Shown here: positions 48,570-60,747 of the stretch, piece by piece
Numbering within the stretch: the first letter of the stretch is position 1
How the letters are laid out: every line of letters starts with the position of its first letter
Assembly: GCF_001447785.1 (NCBI RefSeq)
Contig: NW_015160843.1
Location: forward strand, 954,483 to 1,018,482
Length of the DNA: 64,000 nucleotides
Direction of reading: 5' to 3'
Origin: Gekko japonicus
Taxonomy: Eukaryota
Notes under the pieces: generated by a model
Told to the model about the DNA's origin: nothing
Database searches by the model: none
Seen by the model: only the letters and a program-made list of their open reading frames with translations
Program-made: the position numbers and the translations under genes

Positions 48570-49310
48570 ATGGGTTGCATATTTGGCTCATGGACCAGGG
48601 ACCCCTTTCTGGCTGCTGCAGGCTGATTCAGATTCTCTGATCTGAATCGGCTTGCCACCGAATTGCTGCTGAATTTTGGTAGCAATTCGGCCCCATTATA
48701 TCCTATGGGCAATTGAAGTAAATGGTAAAAACATAGGGTATATTCTGGGGGCTGGAGGGGAGGGGGTTTGAGGGAGAGGCTCCAAACTCACAGGGTAGCT
48801 GCTGTAGACTCTCCCCAAGATACCAACCATGTTTGAAGAACATTGGACCAGGGCATCCAATTCTACGGGCCCCCAAACAGGTTGCCCCTATCTCCTCCAT
48901 TGTTCTCTATGGTGGGAACAAAGTAACTCTTTTTCCCACCATAGAGAACAATGGAGGGGATAGGGGCAACCTGTTTGAGGGCCCGTAGAATTGGATCCCC
49001 TGGTCCAATGTTCTTCAAACATGGTTGGTATCTTGGGGAGAGGCTCCAGGAGCTACCCTGTGAGTTTTGAGCCTCTCCCTCAAGCTCCTTCCCCTCCATC
49101 CCCCTGAATATACCCTATGTTTTCACCATTGACTTCAATGGCCCATAGGATATAATGGGGCTGAAATTGACATTCGGCTGGCCAAAAGACTCCCAAATTC
49201 ACTGGTACTGACGAAACTGACATGTGGGAGTCTTACTGCTAGCCGAAATTGATTCTGCCCAATTCGGTCGAATCCGAATGGGCCGAATCTTTTTTTTTTT
49301 TGCACACCCC
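48570..49310. mobile_element. hAT-like MITE with a ~470-bp internal palindrome (same family as 20726-21179)
   Basis: Right end ccgaatgggccgaat(t)ngcacacccc as in the 21179 copy. Arms 48691-48918 and 48932-49160 are reverse complements. Confidence 0.8.
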
Positions 49311-52004
49311 TTCTTCAGTTCTCATAATTCAATTTTTCAAAATGTGGCCAGTATGGAAAAGACCTTCTTGGTCATGGAACAAATTCCCTTCTCAGGGATT
49401 CATCTTTTCTCTTCACCAGTGGGTAAAGACTTTTCTGTTTTGTTTGGTGTGCCCTTACTGACTCTCACTGACCCTCCTTCCTCTTCATATGTATATGTCT
49501 TTTATTTTAATTGTTTACATACCCACAGATATGTGTGTGTTTATTATTTGGAGACCCTAATTTGGGTGGAAAGGCAGCTTAAAATATGTTAAATTATTAA
49601 TAAAAACAATAATATAAAAATAGGCTATATGATATGTATTCCAGCTTTGGAACTAACTACTGAGTTGTTGGTTGCTCATATCCTGCTATCTTTACAGAAT
49701 ATCACAACCTTAAAATGGTTCAATATTAATCTGTTCCTCTCTGGGGAACTTGAGAACTTAACTGGGGGGGGGAGTCCTAAGAATATCTAGAATTCTCTAC
49801 ATACTCACCAAACTACAGTTCCCAGAATTCTTTGAGGGAATTTAGAATAAATATATGCTTGTGTTAAAAGGCATCACTACACAGACAGGTGGCCCTAAGT
49901 CCTACACAAGTGAGCAAATATTACTCTGGCACTTCCACTAGGAGATCCACTAAGCATTGCCAGATGCGCTATTCATAGGTCAGTTCACAAATATAAATCA
50001 GCTACTGAATGGAATTAAAAGAGACCTTAAAAGAATCGCAGAATAAACTTTATTGAAAGCTGTTCAGGGAGCACCCCAGTCTCATTTCTTTCACAGTCTA
50101 TAAAGCCAGCCAGCAGCCAGGGGTTGATTCTTTGATGGACATCTATGATGCCTCAAGGCTCAGAATAAAAGGCTTAATTACCTGCTGAGCAGGAAAAGGG
50201 AGCTCTGCGAGCAAAAGGGTGGGGTGTGCATTCCACTCAGCTCTTAAGAAGTGAAAACGTCCTACAGAAAGAGCCATTTTCTTTTCATCTGCAGAAGGCC
50301 ACAGTTCCTCCAAAGAATCTTTCAAGTGAACATGGAGGGACTCCATGCTTCAGACCTTTTCACCTCTAGATCTTTATATTCCAGTTTGTCTTTCCTTTAC
50401 TGATACAACTATCCCATTTCCCTCACACATCCTTGTTTGACTTTTTTCTTTACCTTAGACTTTTTTAAAGGAGGCTTGAGGAATGAACAATGAATGTAAC
50501 TATGTAACAATGATGGCTTTTCAGTGGCTTGAAGATGGTGTGATAGGATTGTTGTTGCCTTCAGGAGTACTTAACAGTCTACACAAACCTTTTCAGTTTT
50601 TTCCCCTTTAAAAATAATTTTTATTGTTATATTTGTGTGTATGCTTTTGTTATTCTGTTACATGTTTCGATTAGTTTGAATGAGTAACTCATTCCCACTT
50701 CAAAACCTCCCCCATTTTGTGGAGTGAAATTCTCAAGTAAAATACCTCTTGCCCAAGGCATGTAGGCTAAAGGGTTCCCATTCTATAGCCCCCCCACAAT
50801 GTAATGGTTTTAATGGGTATATTGGTTTTAAAATGTGATTTTATTATTTGTTAGTCACCTTGGTGGCCCTTATGAGGGTGGAAAGGTAGGATATAAATTT
50901 TGCAAAATAAAATAAAATAAATAAGTGCAGAGAGAGGCCTGGCAGTCTTAGGAGGCAACAACAAGGAGGGGAAACTGTTCTGTGTTAGTGTAAGCCAGCT
51001 TGGCACAATGTTACCCAGTGCTGGGAGAAAACTCTTAAGTAGAGTTCCTTCATACATTCTTTTTTCTCCAGTTGAAGAATCCCCCTTTGAAGTGGCTAAA
51101 TTGACGGAGGTTGCAGGTGTTGTTGGTACAAAGCAAAATCCAGTGAGAATTGTTATAATAACTGTATTAAAGAATAGGATATGCTGAGTTCATATTTTGA
51201 TTAGTTAATGTACATCCCTAGAGTGCACATGCATATACAAACATGTACACAGTTTGTAATCAAACAGATTTTGCAAGTTTTTGTAGTGCTTTGGACTGGA
51301 TTCTGGCAACTTGGAGCCATGTGTTAGCTGTTAAAGATACATGGGGGAGGTGGCAGTTATTCAGTTCCCAATGTGGTTATTCCTTTGTTTTGCCAAATTT
51401 ATGAATGGCTGTGGAAGGATAGAGTAGTATAGGGATGCTCAAACACCCTCTGGCTTAGCTCACTGTTTGTTTGTTGGTTGCAAACAGGGGGCCAACACTG
51501 TGAGCAGTTCAAGCCTATTCATTGGGGATTTCAAGTATTCAAATGGTATAGACCAGGTGTCCCTAACCTTCTGGCACATGGGGGCTGCATTAGTATGCCC
51601 AATACCTAAATAGGACCGCATCTTAAATCAAAATGTAACAAACCTATTAATCTACCTATTTAGAGCAAAAGTAAACATTCAGAGGTCAAAGAAGAAATGT
51701 TAACTTGAATGCAATCCATTTTGGAACAATATTTTACTGTGGAATCCTTTTATCTAGCTACACATGCTTACCTAGTCAGTATGATGTTTGTGGCTGTTAG
51801 CCAAGGCATTAATGTCTAAGTCAAGGTCTGTGACAGACATCCTTAAAATGTTTTGTAAATGTTTGTCTGTAAGTCTTGACCTACACTTGGATTTCACAAT
51901 TTTCATATTGGAAAAAGTTTGTTCAAAGATGTATGTGGTGCCAAAGACTGTGAACATGCCTGCAGCAAATTTCTTTAGGTTGGTAAGTATATCAGGAAGA
52001 CCAG

Positions 52005-54589
52005 GAAAAAAGGTTCTGGTATGGTGCGATGAGTGGGCATTTTTCAGGATGCTCCCGAATCGCCTGATTCCCCTTCGTTCTTTTTGGAGCCTCCTGGACG
52101 ACTGGGTGGGCTCCGCCTGTGCTCCTGGAGAGAGGGCTGGTAGCAGGGGGCTTTCTTTTTACCACTCCCACATTTGGCAAATGTGGGGGTGTGTTCATCA
52201 GTGTCCTGAAGCAGGAGCTTCAAGTAGAGTAAGGCATGGACGCCATGCTTTATTTAGCCATGACCATCCATTTTAACCACGTTTGGATTTATAATTTATT
52301 ACGCAGTAGCACAAAGAAGGAGAAGAAAATAATGTATGTGTATCTTTACTTGCAACTGGGGGGGAAAATGAAAAAAATCTTGGTAAAAAATACCCCAGGC
52401 TGTATATATCCAAAATGGAGATGAAGACTGGCCAGGAAAAATAACTGACTGAGTGTTCCTTTTTTCTTGGGGTAAAACTGTGCTGTTGGTAAGGATTTGT
52501 GACTGATAGAATAGAGTGACATGTGTGTGAAATGGACACTTTAATTTGAATAAATGAGGTGGAAAGATAAAGTATAGTAAAATAGAAATGGCACTCCATG
52601 AGGAAACCAAGGAAGAGGAGAAGATTAATGAAAATACAGAGATTGGAGAACTGTCTATAGAACAATTTCAGAGATTATTGAGGGAAGAGATACAAAAGGG
52701 TATTGTGGAAGCCTTTGGGAACTTTTCTGAAAAAAAGCAGTGTGTGAAAATGAGGAAGAGTTACTGCAGAGTGAGCAGAATGCTGAAGAGGACCAGGAAC
52801 ATGATCAAGAGAAGGTGCTTTTTGACATACAACCTTTATTTACAAGAAGTGTGGAAAACGTTAATAAGCAAATGAGTAGCCAAAGGGAGCCAAAAAGATC
52901 TCATTACTTAAAGACAGATCTGATAAAAAGAGACTTTTTACTAAAAATGAGAAAAATGGTAAAAAAGAGAACAAGTCAAAAGGAGCCAAAGAGACTTGAT
53001 CATTTAAAGATAGAACTAACAAAAAAAACCCTCCAAAAACTTTTGACTAAAGAGATGAGAACATTGTCAAAAAAGAGAACAAGAGGAAGGGCGTGGAAAG
53101 CTAACAGTGACAACAAGAATGTGAACATCCTGTTGAGATCTGGAAGGGGACACATTAAAAGAGAATATAAAGGGGACACATATAAAGAGAATAGACATTT
53201 GGCTATGGTCGTAAAGAAAATAAAATTACAGATTTCCGGGAAAACATTAAGATATATGATTGGGGTCATGTAATGTCTTCTTTTTTTCTCTCTGATGTAT
53301 CTTTAAATGAGAAAATGAGACTCAGGACTGATCCTTTCTGTGTATATTTATATTTTATTTTTATTAGCTATCAAAATTATGTTGTTTTCCTTTAGTTTTT
53401 GACTCCTATTTAACGTGTGTATGAATATACTATTTAGGCGTGTAGTAATAGAGGATTTAAATAATGATTTAAAATGAACCAATAAGAAAGGGGAAAAATA
53501 GTATTAATATAGAGTATAGTTTAGTTTAGATAATTAAAATGTAAGAAGTAGGTTGGCCCATAGAAGGAGGGTGGTGTAACTTGATTATGTGGTCTGTAGG
53601 GGGGGGAAAGGTGTCTGGATAGAAAAATGTAAAAAATTATAAAGTATGGGTGATTATATAGAGGTAACTTGGATGCTGAAGTAGATAGTATTGTAATGGA
53701 ACCTTTATTGGCTAAGCAATTTCTAAGATATGGAGCTGCAGTGGCTCAAGTGGTTAAGACGCTGAACTGCAGGCTGTGGAAGGTCAGTAGTTCAGCAGTT
53801 CGAGACCCGGGTGTGCCACATGACGGAGTGAGCTCCCGTCTCTAGTTCCAGCTCCTGCCAACCTAGCAGTTCGAAAGCAAGAAATTGCAACTAGATTAAA
53901 TAGGCACCACTTCGATGAGAAGGTAACAGCGTTCCGTGCGCCTTGGTGTTTAGTCATGCCGGCCACATGACCACGGAAACATCTTCGGACAGCGTTGGCT
54001 CTTCAGCTTGGAAACAGAGATGAGCACCGCAACCCTTAGAGTCGGACTCGACTGGCTTTCGAGCAAGGGAACTTTTACCTTTACCTTAATTTCTAAGATA
54101 GGATAGACAAGAAAGTAGGCTTCCTTTGCGATAACATGTTTAATAATAAATAACTGGTTTGAAGGCTATGGTATATCTTTCAAAATGGTAAAAATCTTAC
54201 TTAGACAACAATGGTAAACGTGAATTGTTGGGTATAAGAACCAATATGGGTTAAATAATCTTCAAGCTAGACTGGAAAAGTAAGCAGGTTTCCTTGGTGT
54301 TATCTGAGCCAACAGTAAATAATCTATTTGAAATAATTAGAAGGGTATGATACATCTTTGAAAATGTAAAAAGCAATGTTAACTGCAAATTCCTTTTTGT
54401 AAAAGTAATATTAGCATATTATAAATGAAATACACGTACAATCGAAAGTTGTTATAACTGCTATAATTGTAATGCCTAGAGAAAGAAAGATATTTTTTTC
54501 TTTTTTCGGATGTGTTATTGTATAGAATATATGGATGTTGGTTTATGCACTTTTTGTTTGGAAAATAATAAAAAAAACTTTTTTAAAAA
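52005..54589 (+). mobile_element. TSD-flanked non-autonomous retroposon with an unassigned ORF
   Basis: 11-bp TSD aggaagaccag (51994-52004, 54590-54600). GC/CpG-containing 5' end. Frameshifted ORF at 52588-53273. AT-rich 3' region ending aataataaaaaaaacttttttaaaaaa. Confidence 0.8.
53731..54087 (+). mobile_element. Full-length Sauria SINE
   Basis: tRNA-like head (gtggctcaagtgg, gttcgagacc), body cctgccaacctagcagttcgaaagca, tail (accttt)n, 13-bp TSD aatttctaagata. Confidence 0.93.
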
Positions 54590-57500
54590 AGGAAGACCAG
54601 AATAAAAATTTGAGAGAGATATTTTTTTTTGTAATTGTCTCTGAGATGATCACTGGCTTGCAAGTCAATTAGTTCCAACTGGGAAAAGTTACTGGTATCT
54701 TCAGGTTCTACTTCAAATGGATTCTGAAACACTCTTTTCCTTTCCGTGGTTATGGCAATCAGTCAATCTGTTCTGGAATTCCACCTGCAAAAGGTTCAGT
54801 GCTTCTACAGAATTTTTAGCAGAGCAGCAGTTGCAGAGTTTCAATATAGTCCTTGAATAAATAGAAATATGAGAAGTATAGTTTTAGAGGCCTAACTCTT
54901 CGCTTTCCAATCAAATCCACCCCACTTTAGCTGCTATTAGCTGGGGATTTTCATTTTGACTATGGCAAAGAAGAGAAAAGCCCCCTGCCTCCCTACGCGC
55001 TACAGTTCTCAGGAGTATTGGGCCACATGCAGAGGCTAGGAAGAATTTTTTAAAAATGGATTATGAATCTGACCTACCAGATGGCAGAGTTGCAATCCTA
55101 AATGCATTGAATACTATGAGATTTATTTCTTAATAAACACACAGCCTTGAGGTTTAAATCTACACATGATAGTACTTTAAAAATTGGAGGCCCTTCCAAA
55201 AAAATGACAGGTAGAGAGAAAGAGCTAATGAAATGGCAGCCTCCCACCTGGAGAAGAGGATAATTTGAAGCAGGGTGCACATACACATCACTGCCTGCCA
55301 GCCAAGCCTCAACCATGAGAAGCAAAATGACAGCTGGGGTAGGGGAACTTGCTGGAGGAAGATGTGGGAAGGGGAATCCCATAAGTTTCCCTGCTAAGAG
55401 AGTAGTCCTTCCCTCTCAACCCAAGGGGCCATTCCCTGGCTCCTGCAATCACAGATGCCTGAGAAGACTTCTAGCTCGAGTGAGTGGGGGAGGAGAGGCA
55501 AAAGCAAGCAAGGCAAGAAGTTAGAGCAACCAGCTCTTGCGGACGAAGAAAGCAGCAACCTCACCAGTAACCTTGGAAGCCACTCAGAGGAGCCTTGATG
55601 GGTGGAGCCTCTAGAAATGTTCAGTATGCAAAACACTTTGTATCCTTTCTTTGGCAAAAATACCAGCCCTTTTACTGTCCTTTTTTGCAAAGCAGGCCAG
55701 ACATCTCTTGTACCCATTCACATATATAGCCTTCAACGCGGCAATGCATGGAGAGGGGGAGCAAAGAAGCTGAGTGGTACAGATACCTGAGCTTTGCTTG
55801 CTAGCAAAGCACCCAGAATGGTCCCAGTGCTAGTATGGAGGACAAAACCAAGAGAGGGCTGACAGAAGGAACCAATGTTGCTGTTGTGTTTTTTGCAAAA
55901 AAGGGACAGAAGAACAGCAGTAGATGGTGCCTGTTGAGGCACAAAGAACAGTGGGTCTGAGGGAAAAACCTTTGAGGGTGATAGCAGTAAACAAGGAGGT
56001 TGGAGAGCCACACAGAAAGAGTCTGGGGGGCACAGGTTGTAGACCCCTGGTGTAGAGCAATTGGGAGTGTTTCATGCCTGAACATTCTCTCACATTCTGA
56101 TGGCAATTCTACTTCGCCCTTCTCCAACAAACCTGTTCTTGCTGCGCACTGCTTGGCAACCAATAAACATTGAACAAATCAACCAGTCAGCAAGTGATGA
56201 TAAGTAAACACTTTTTTAAAAAAGGATTTACAATTTTGTATTGGTTTAATTTTATTTATTTATTTATTTATTTATTTTTGGGATTTCTATCCCGCCCTAC
56301 CCAGAGGCTCAGGGTGGCTAACAACAGTTTTTAAAAGTTTATAGCAATAAAACAATAATATATACAATAAAATCTGGTGCTACAGTCCATCCCGCACCAC
56401 ATTGCCAACTTGATTTCACGCCAGTGCATTTTCACACAGCCTTGTAGGTGGCATAGGCCCCCCCATGTTGTTTAATGAGCTGACCTGATGATCCATGACC
56501 CCAGGAAGAATTAATCTCACCGTCTGCACAAATGCAAAAGCCCCTGCAAGGTGCTGTCACTACCATTGCTGTGCAGCTGCAGAGCTGTTCGACAGCTATT
56601 TAAGGTGGTCGATGGACAAGCAAACAAACTGAATGTTCAGCTCAAGGTGACCACTTCCATTGAACATAGTACATTCAACTATTAAGTGTGTCTGCCGTGA
56701 AATTCATGGTACCTGTTAAAGTTAAGTTTCTAGATTCAATCTGGGAGTGAGCATTTGGCCTGAGATTGACCTGTCTGTGAGTGACAGCAACAGGTGCAAT
56801 TAAACTGGTCTGAACTAATTCAGAAACTGGGTAAAAGAAGAGTCACATGCCTAAGCAACAGCATAGATCTGTTAGACCACCAAGTTCTTAACCAATCATA
56901 TGTTTTCCCACCAAAACGTGTATGTTGGAAGTTGTAATAAAGTTTCTTTCTAATTTCTATAAATGTATTGTGGAAACTCAAATCAGGGTCCTTGAGTCTG
57001 CTTTTCTTGGACCCGTGTGCATTAAAATAAATCCTGTTTTTCTGTTCTGTTTAAGGAGTCTCTGGTTTTGCAGGTGGTTATTTCCAGATTCAGCCTTCAG
57101 GGTGACCCAGAATGCCAACAAATTCCAGGACATACCTCTAGTAACACTGAGTTGAATAGTATGGCCAGAGGCTAAAGGCAGTTCTACAGGGGCATCTAAT
57201 CACTCACCAAAGAATCCAGACCTTCATCAAATTGCACTGAATTACTCTCTCAAGTTACATGTGTAGAAGATATGGAAGACAGTGGGCAAAATGGCCCAAA
57301 GCTCAGGGACCCTTGAAGGAGTGAGAGAAATAGGTTCCCTCCCATGCTTTCTGAGTCCAACCAGAAGGTCTGCAATGTACTTTATCATTTTTAGAAAATG
57401 CACTGAATCAGAATTTGAATGAATTCTCCTTTATAACCCAGTTCTCAGGATATTTTTACTGTGTCTCATAAATTATATCCCCCCTTTTTGTTTGTGTTTT

Positions 57501-57657
57501 ATTGCCTGTCCCTGGATGATTCAGGTGATATATGCTTTCATTCTCCTCTATTATTTTAGGAACAAGCTCTTAATCGACTGAGAGACAGAAAGGTAGTTGT
57601 CTCCGCTGACCTCTCATTAGGATGCTTCTTCTGATGGAACCACTCTACATACACAGT

Positions 57658-58122
57658 GGCCGAGTTCAGACTGGCAGCTTGCCCCGATATAGGCACGTTT
57701 CAGAAATGTTCCACAACTGGATTAAAAGGGCCATTCATACAGACACATCTGTCAGGCGTTCCCCACCTGTACTCAACCCGTCTTGTAACGCTTCGCTCCC
57801 AAGTTTAAAAGATACCTGGGGAAAGTGGTAGCAAACCCTGGAAAGCGCGATTATCTTGTGTCCATCCCGCACCAACAAAGTGTGAACGCCAAAAGCTGCA
57901 TTTTTCTTATGCGCATAACCGCATTTCTCCAGATTACCAAAAAAGAAAGCTGTACCTTATAGCCGTGCCTCCAGGCCAACAGTGTGAACGCTCCCTTGCG
58001 CCTCTTCCTGATATGCTCCCACATCAGTTGCTGCAGTGTGAACGGGAAAACCCAGAACAGTTTGTTCCGGCTCTTTTTTGCCACGACTCGTCCCGCTTCA
58101 AACTGCCAGTCTGAACTCAGCC
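57658..58122. mobile_element. Non-autonomous PIF/Harbinger element
   Basis: 20-bp TIR ggccgagttcagactggcag / ctgccagtctgaactcagcc, 3-bp TSD agt/agt, internal gtgtgaacg x3. Confidence 0.85.
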
Positions 58123-58706
58123 AGTGTCTCTGGAGGCTTCAGAGTCAGAGCTGAGACTTACTATGATGTCTGGGGATCAGAAAGTCATGATACTCAGACT
58201 CTGATTTAGGGGCTCAAATTGTTGTACCTGTTTGATCTACTTACTTAAATTTATATCTTGCTGTATTGCATGTAGGCTCAGCACAACTATCACAGCATTA
58301 TGTTGTAATAATAAGCGATAACCCAGTGTTGAATAGGAGAGGAGCTGAAGGCTTGACCTTGTATAAATCCAGCCATATATGATAGTGTGAATTGCAGATA
58401 TCTAGTAGGGAACAGAAAGCACTCTGAACATGCTCACAAACACTCATGGGGAAATCATTAGTGTTGCCAACATGCCTGGAGAAAAAATGTCCCGTCCCTT
58501 TAGTAGAGGCTTAATGGATGTTATTTACCAGGTGAAATTTACTTCCATGGCATGAAAAGCTTTAACTTATTAAAAAGACAGGATTCGTGGATGGTAGGGC
58601 ATCAGTGGCTACTAGCCATGGGAACTAAAGGGAACTTCCATATTCAGAGGCAGCAAACCTCTGAATATCAGTGCTAAAGAAATTATATGTACCTCAATGC
58701 TCTGTT

Positions 58707-60525
58707 GTTCTTTTAATTTGTATTACATTTTCATTACATACTACAAAGGGCAGGGAACGTGGAAAAGCTAACTATAAAATACAGATAAACAGGGATCTAA
58801 TACGATAAAGAATGACTTTTTCCAAAATTTCCCTTAGCTTTAACATTCTACATGATGAAGAGTGGGATTAGCTGATTCAGATATATTCCAGTACAAACAA
58901 TATTAGCCAATAAAGTGTATTATGGTATATTAAGCTAAATATTATTAAACTTTCAGGGTTAATTCACTTTTAGTTCTTTTTCCCTTTAGGCTTATTTTTA
59001 TCATAGCTCCATCTGACTTTAAGGAGTTTGGGGGCAGCTTCTCCCAAATCAGATTCAGAGTCTTCTCCTCAGGAGCTGCCCGCTGTAGAGCTGTTTCCTG
59101 ATCCAGTTCCGCTGTAATCCTCTTCTGCATTGTTGTCCTCCATTTTTCTTCTTTCTCTGTTTTTTTGATGCTACTCCAAAAATGCATTAGCTTTTATAAC
59201 AGAGTCTATTTTTTTATTTTTTTCTCTTTGAAGTTGAACATAAGACCCTTTGGCAAAATCCATCTGTAGGGAGTGGAATTTTTCTGTAGAAATGTTGTCA
59301 ATTTTTGTATTGTTGTCTCATCTTTCTTATCTCAAATGGAATGTCATTTAAAATTCTTATTTCTTCACCTTTGATTTTTAGAGTAATCCCGTTAGTTCCT
59401 TTGAGTATAGCATCTCCGATAGACCTTTTGGAGAATTTCACAAATATTTTACCAGGTAGCTTATTTTTCTTGAAGTAGTCTGGATAAATCTGGTAGATTA
59501 CATCCATTTCACTTTGTATATGTTCCGCTTTAAGGTCCACTACCGGTGCCAAGGCGTCGCTTAAAATCTCCTTGAGGTTTTACCCTTTTTGTTCTGGAAT
59601 ACCATGAAATCTCAGGATAAATGATGAATTTTCAATTTGTAGTTGTAACAGCTGTTGTTTATGAGAGGATTTCTCTTTTTCCATGGCCTCCAATCTCTGT
59701 TTCAATGCTTTTGTCCTAGCATCGACTTTTCTCACTGACTTTGCTGTATTCTCTGTTTTTATATTGACTTCTTTTAGCTGTTTTTGGAGAGTCTCTAAGT
59801 AATTATTAAGATGAGTCATCTGGTCCAGTAGAGGGCACAGTGCAGTGGTTAACATGCTTGGAAAGTCTATGGTTGCTTCCTGTTTGGAAGCCGACGCTGT
59901 TGAGCTGGCAGTTCCTGAAGGAGAAAGTCTTACTTTCGACGCCATTTTTTCAGTCCAATGCAGGATTGTTTACATTAAGAGAAAGGTTAAAAAAGTCTCT
60001 GTAGTCTCATGCTTTTTAACCAGTCAGCACTCTATTTGTGCTAAACAATGCTTTTTAATCAGCTTCCCCCCCTCCACCTCTTACAGTTGCTGATTTTTCC
60101 TCGCGGGATGAGACCAGCTCAATTCCCTCCACTTTTGAATTTAAGGGGTTGGGGGAAGCTGTCTGCTTAGATTTTTGTCTGGATTAAAAGCATATGGACT
60201 CAATTTTCATTGGCTGCTTGCTTCAGTAAGGTAACCTTTAAACCTTTAAATCACTTGATCTCCTGTTTGCCTGTCTCGGTGTGCGTTTGTGTCGCCATTG
60301 CTGGTCTCGCAGTGGTGGGACCTGTTGAGGCAAAGAAGAGCCTCAATCCCTCAGCCGTGCCCTCGGGAGCAGCACCTCTCGCGTCTCAGGCTACGGGCCC
60401 CCTGCAAGGGCCCTGGGGGGGACCAGAATCATCCGATACCCCTCCCAGCTGCTATGGTCCCGGGTTGCATTCATCGGCGCTCAATGAAATGCACCTGTCA
60501 GCAATTTGTCAAAGCCAGAAACCCT
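58707..60525 (-). mobile_element. Full-length ORF1-only L1-dependent retroposon (HAL1-like), copy 3
   Basis: 14-bp TSD ctcaatgctctgtt (58693-58706, 60526-60539). Disrupted ORF1 at 59945-58970 (MASKVRLSPSGTA...LRFHGIPEQK...LKIKGEEIRILNDIPFEIRK). ~260-bp 3' UTR. Confidence 0.85.
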
Positions 60526-60747
60526 CTCAATGCTCTGTTTGTTGGCTCTCCAGAGTAACTCTTTGGTTGCAATGTGAAGTAGGTTGCTGGAGTAGATGGA
60601 TAACTGGTCTGTTCCTGTCATGTTCTTATGACATTTTTTTTTCCAGGCCAGTTGGTAAACATAGATAATGTATTTAAGGTCTGAAACAGGTTTGGGGCAA
60701 ATTTGACCCTCAGTTTCTGGCTAAAACTGTGCTTGATAAATAAAAAG

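Larger units (their letters stand above)
51554..56049 (-). mobile_element. Internally deleted hAT-Charlie/SPIN-like DNA transposon
   Basis: TIR caggtgtccctaacc / ggttgtagacccctg. TSD gtatagac / gtgtagag (TAGA core). Transposase C-terminus EFQNRL.D...FQNPF..QLELIDLQ (54600-54800) rejoins FGTTYIFEQTFSNMKIVKSKCRSRLTDKHL (51772-51990). Confidence 0.85.
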
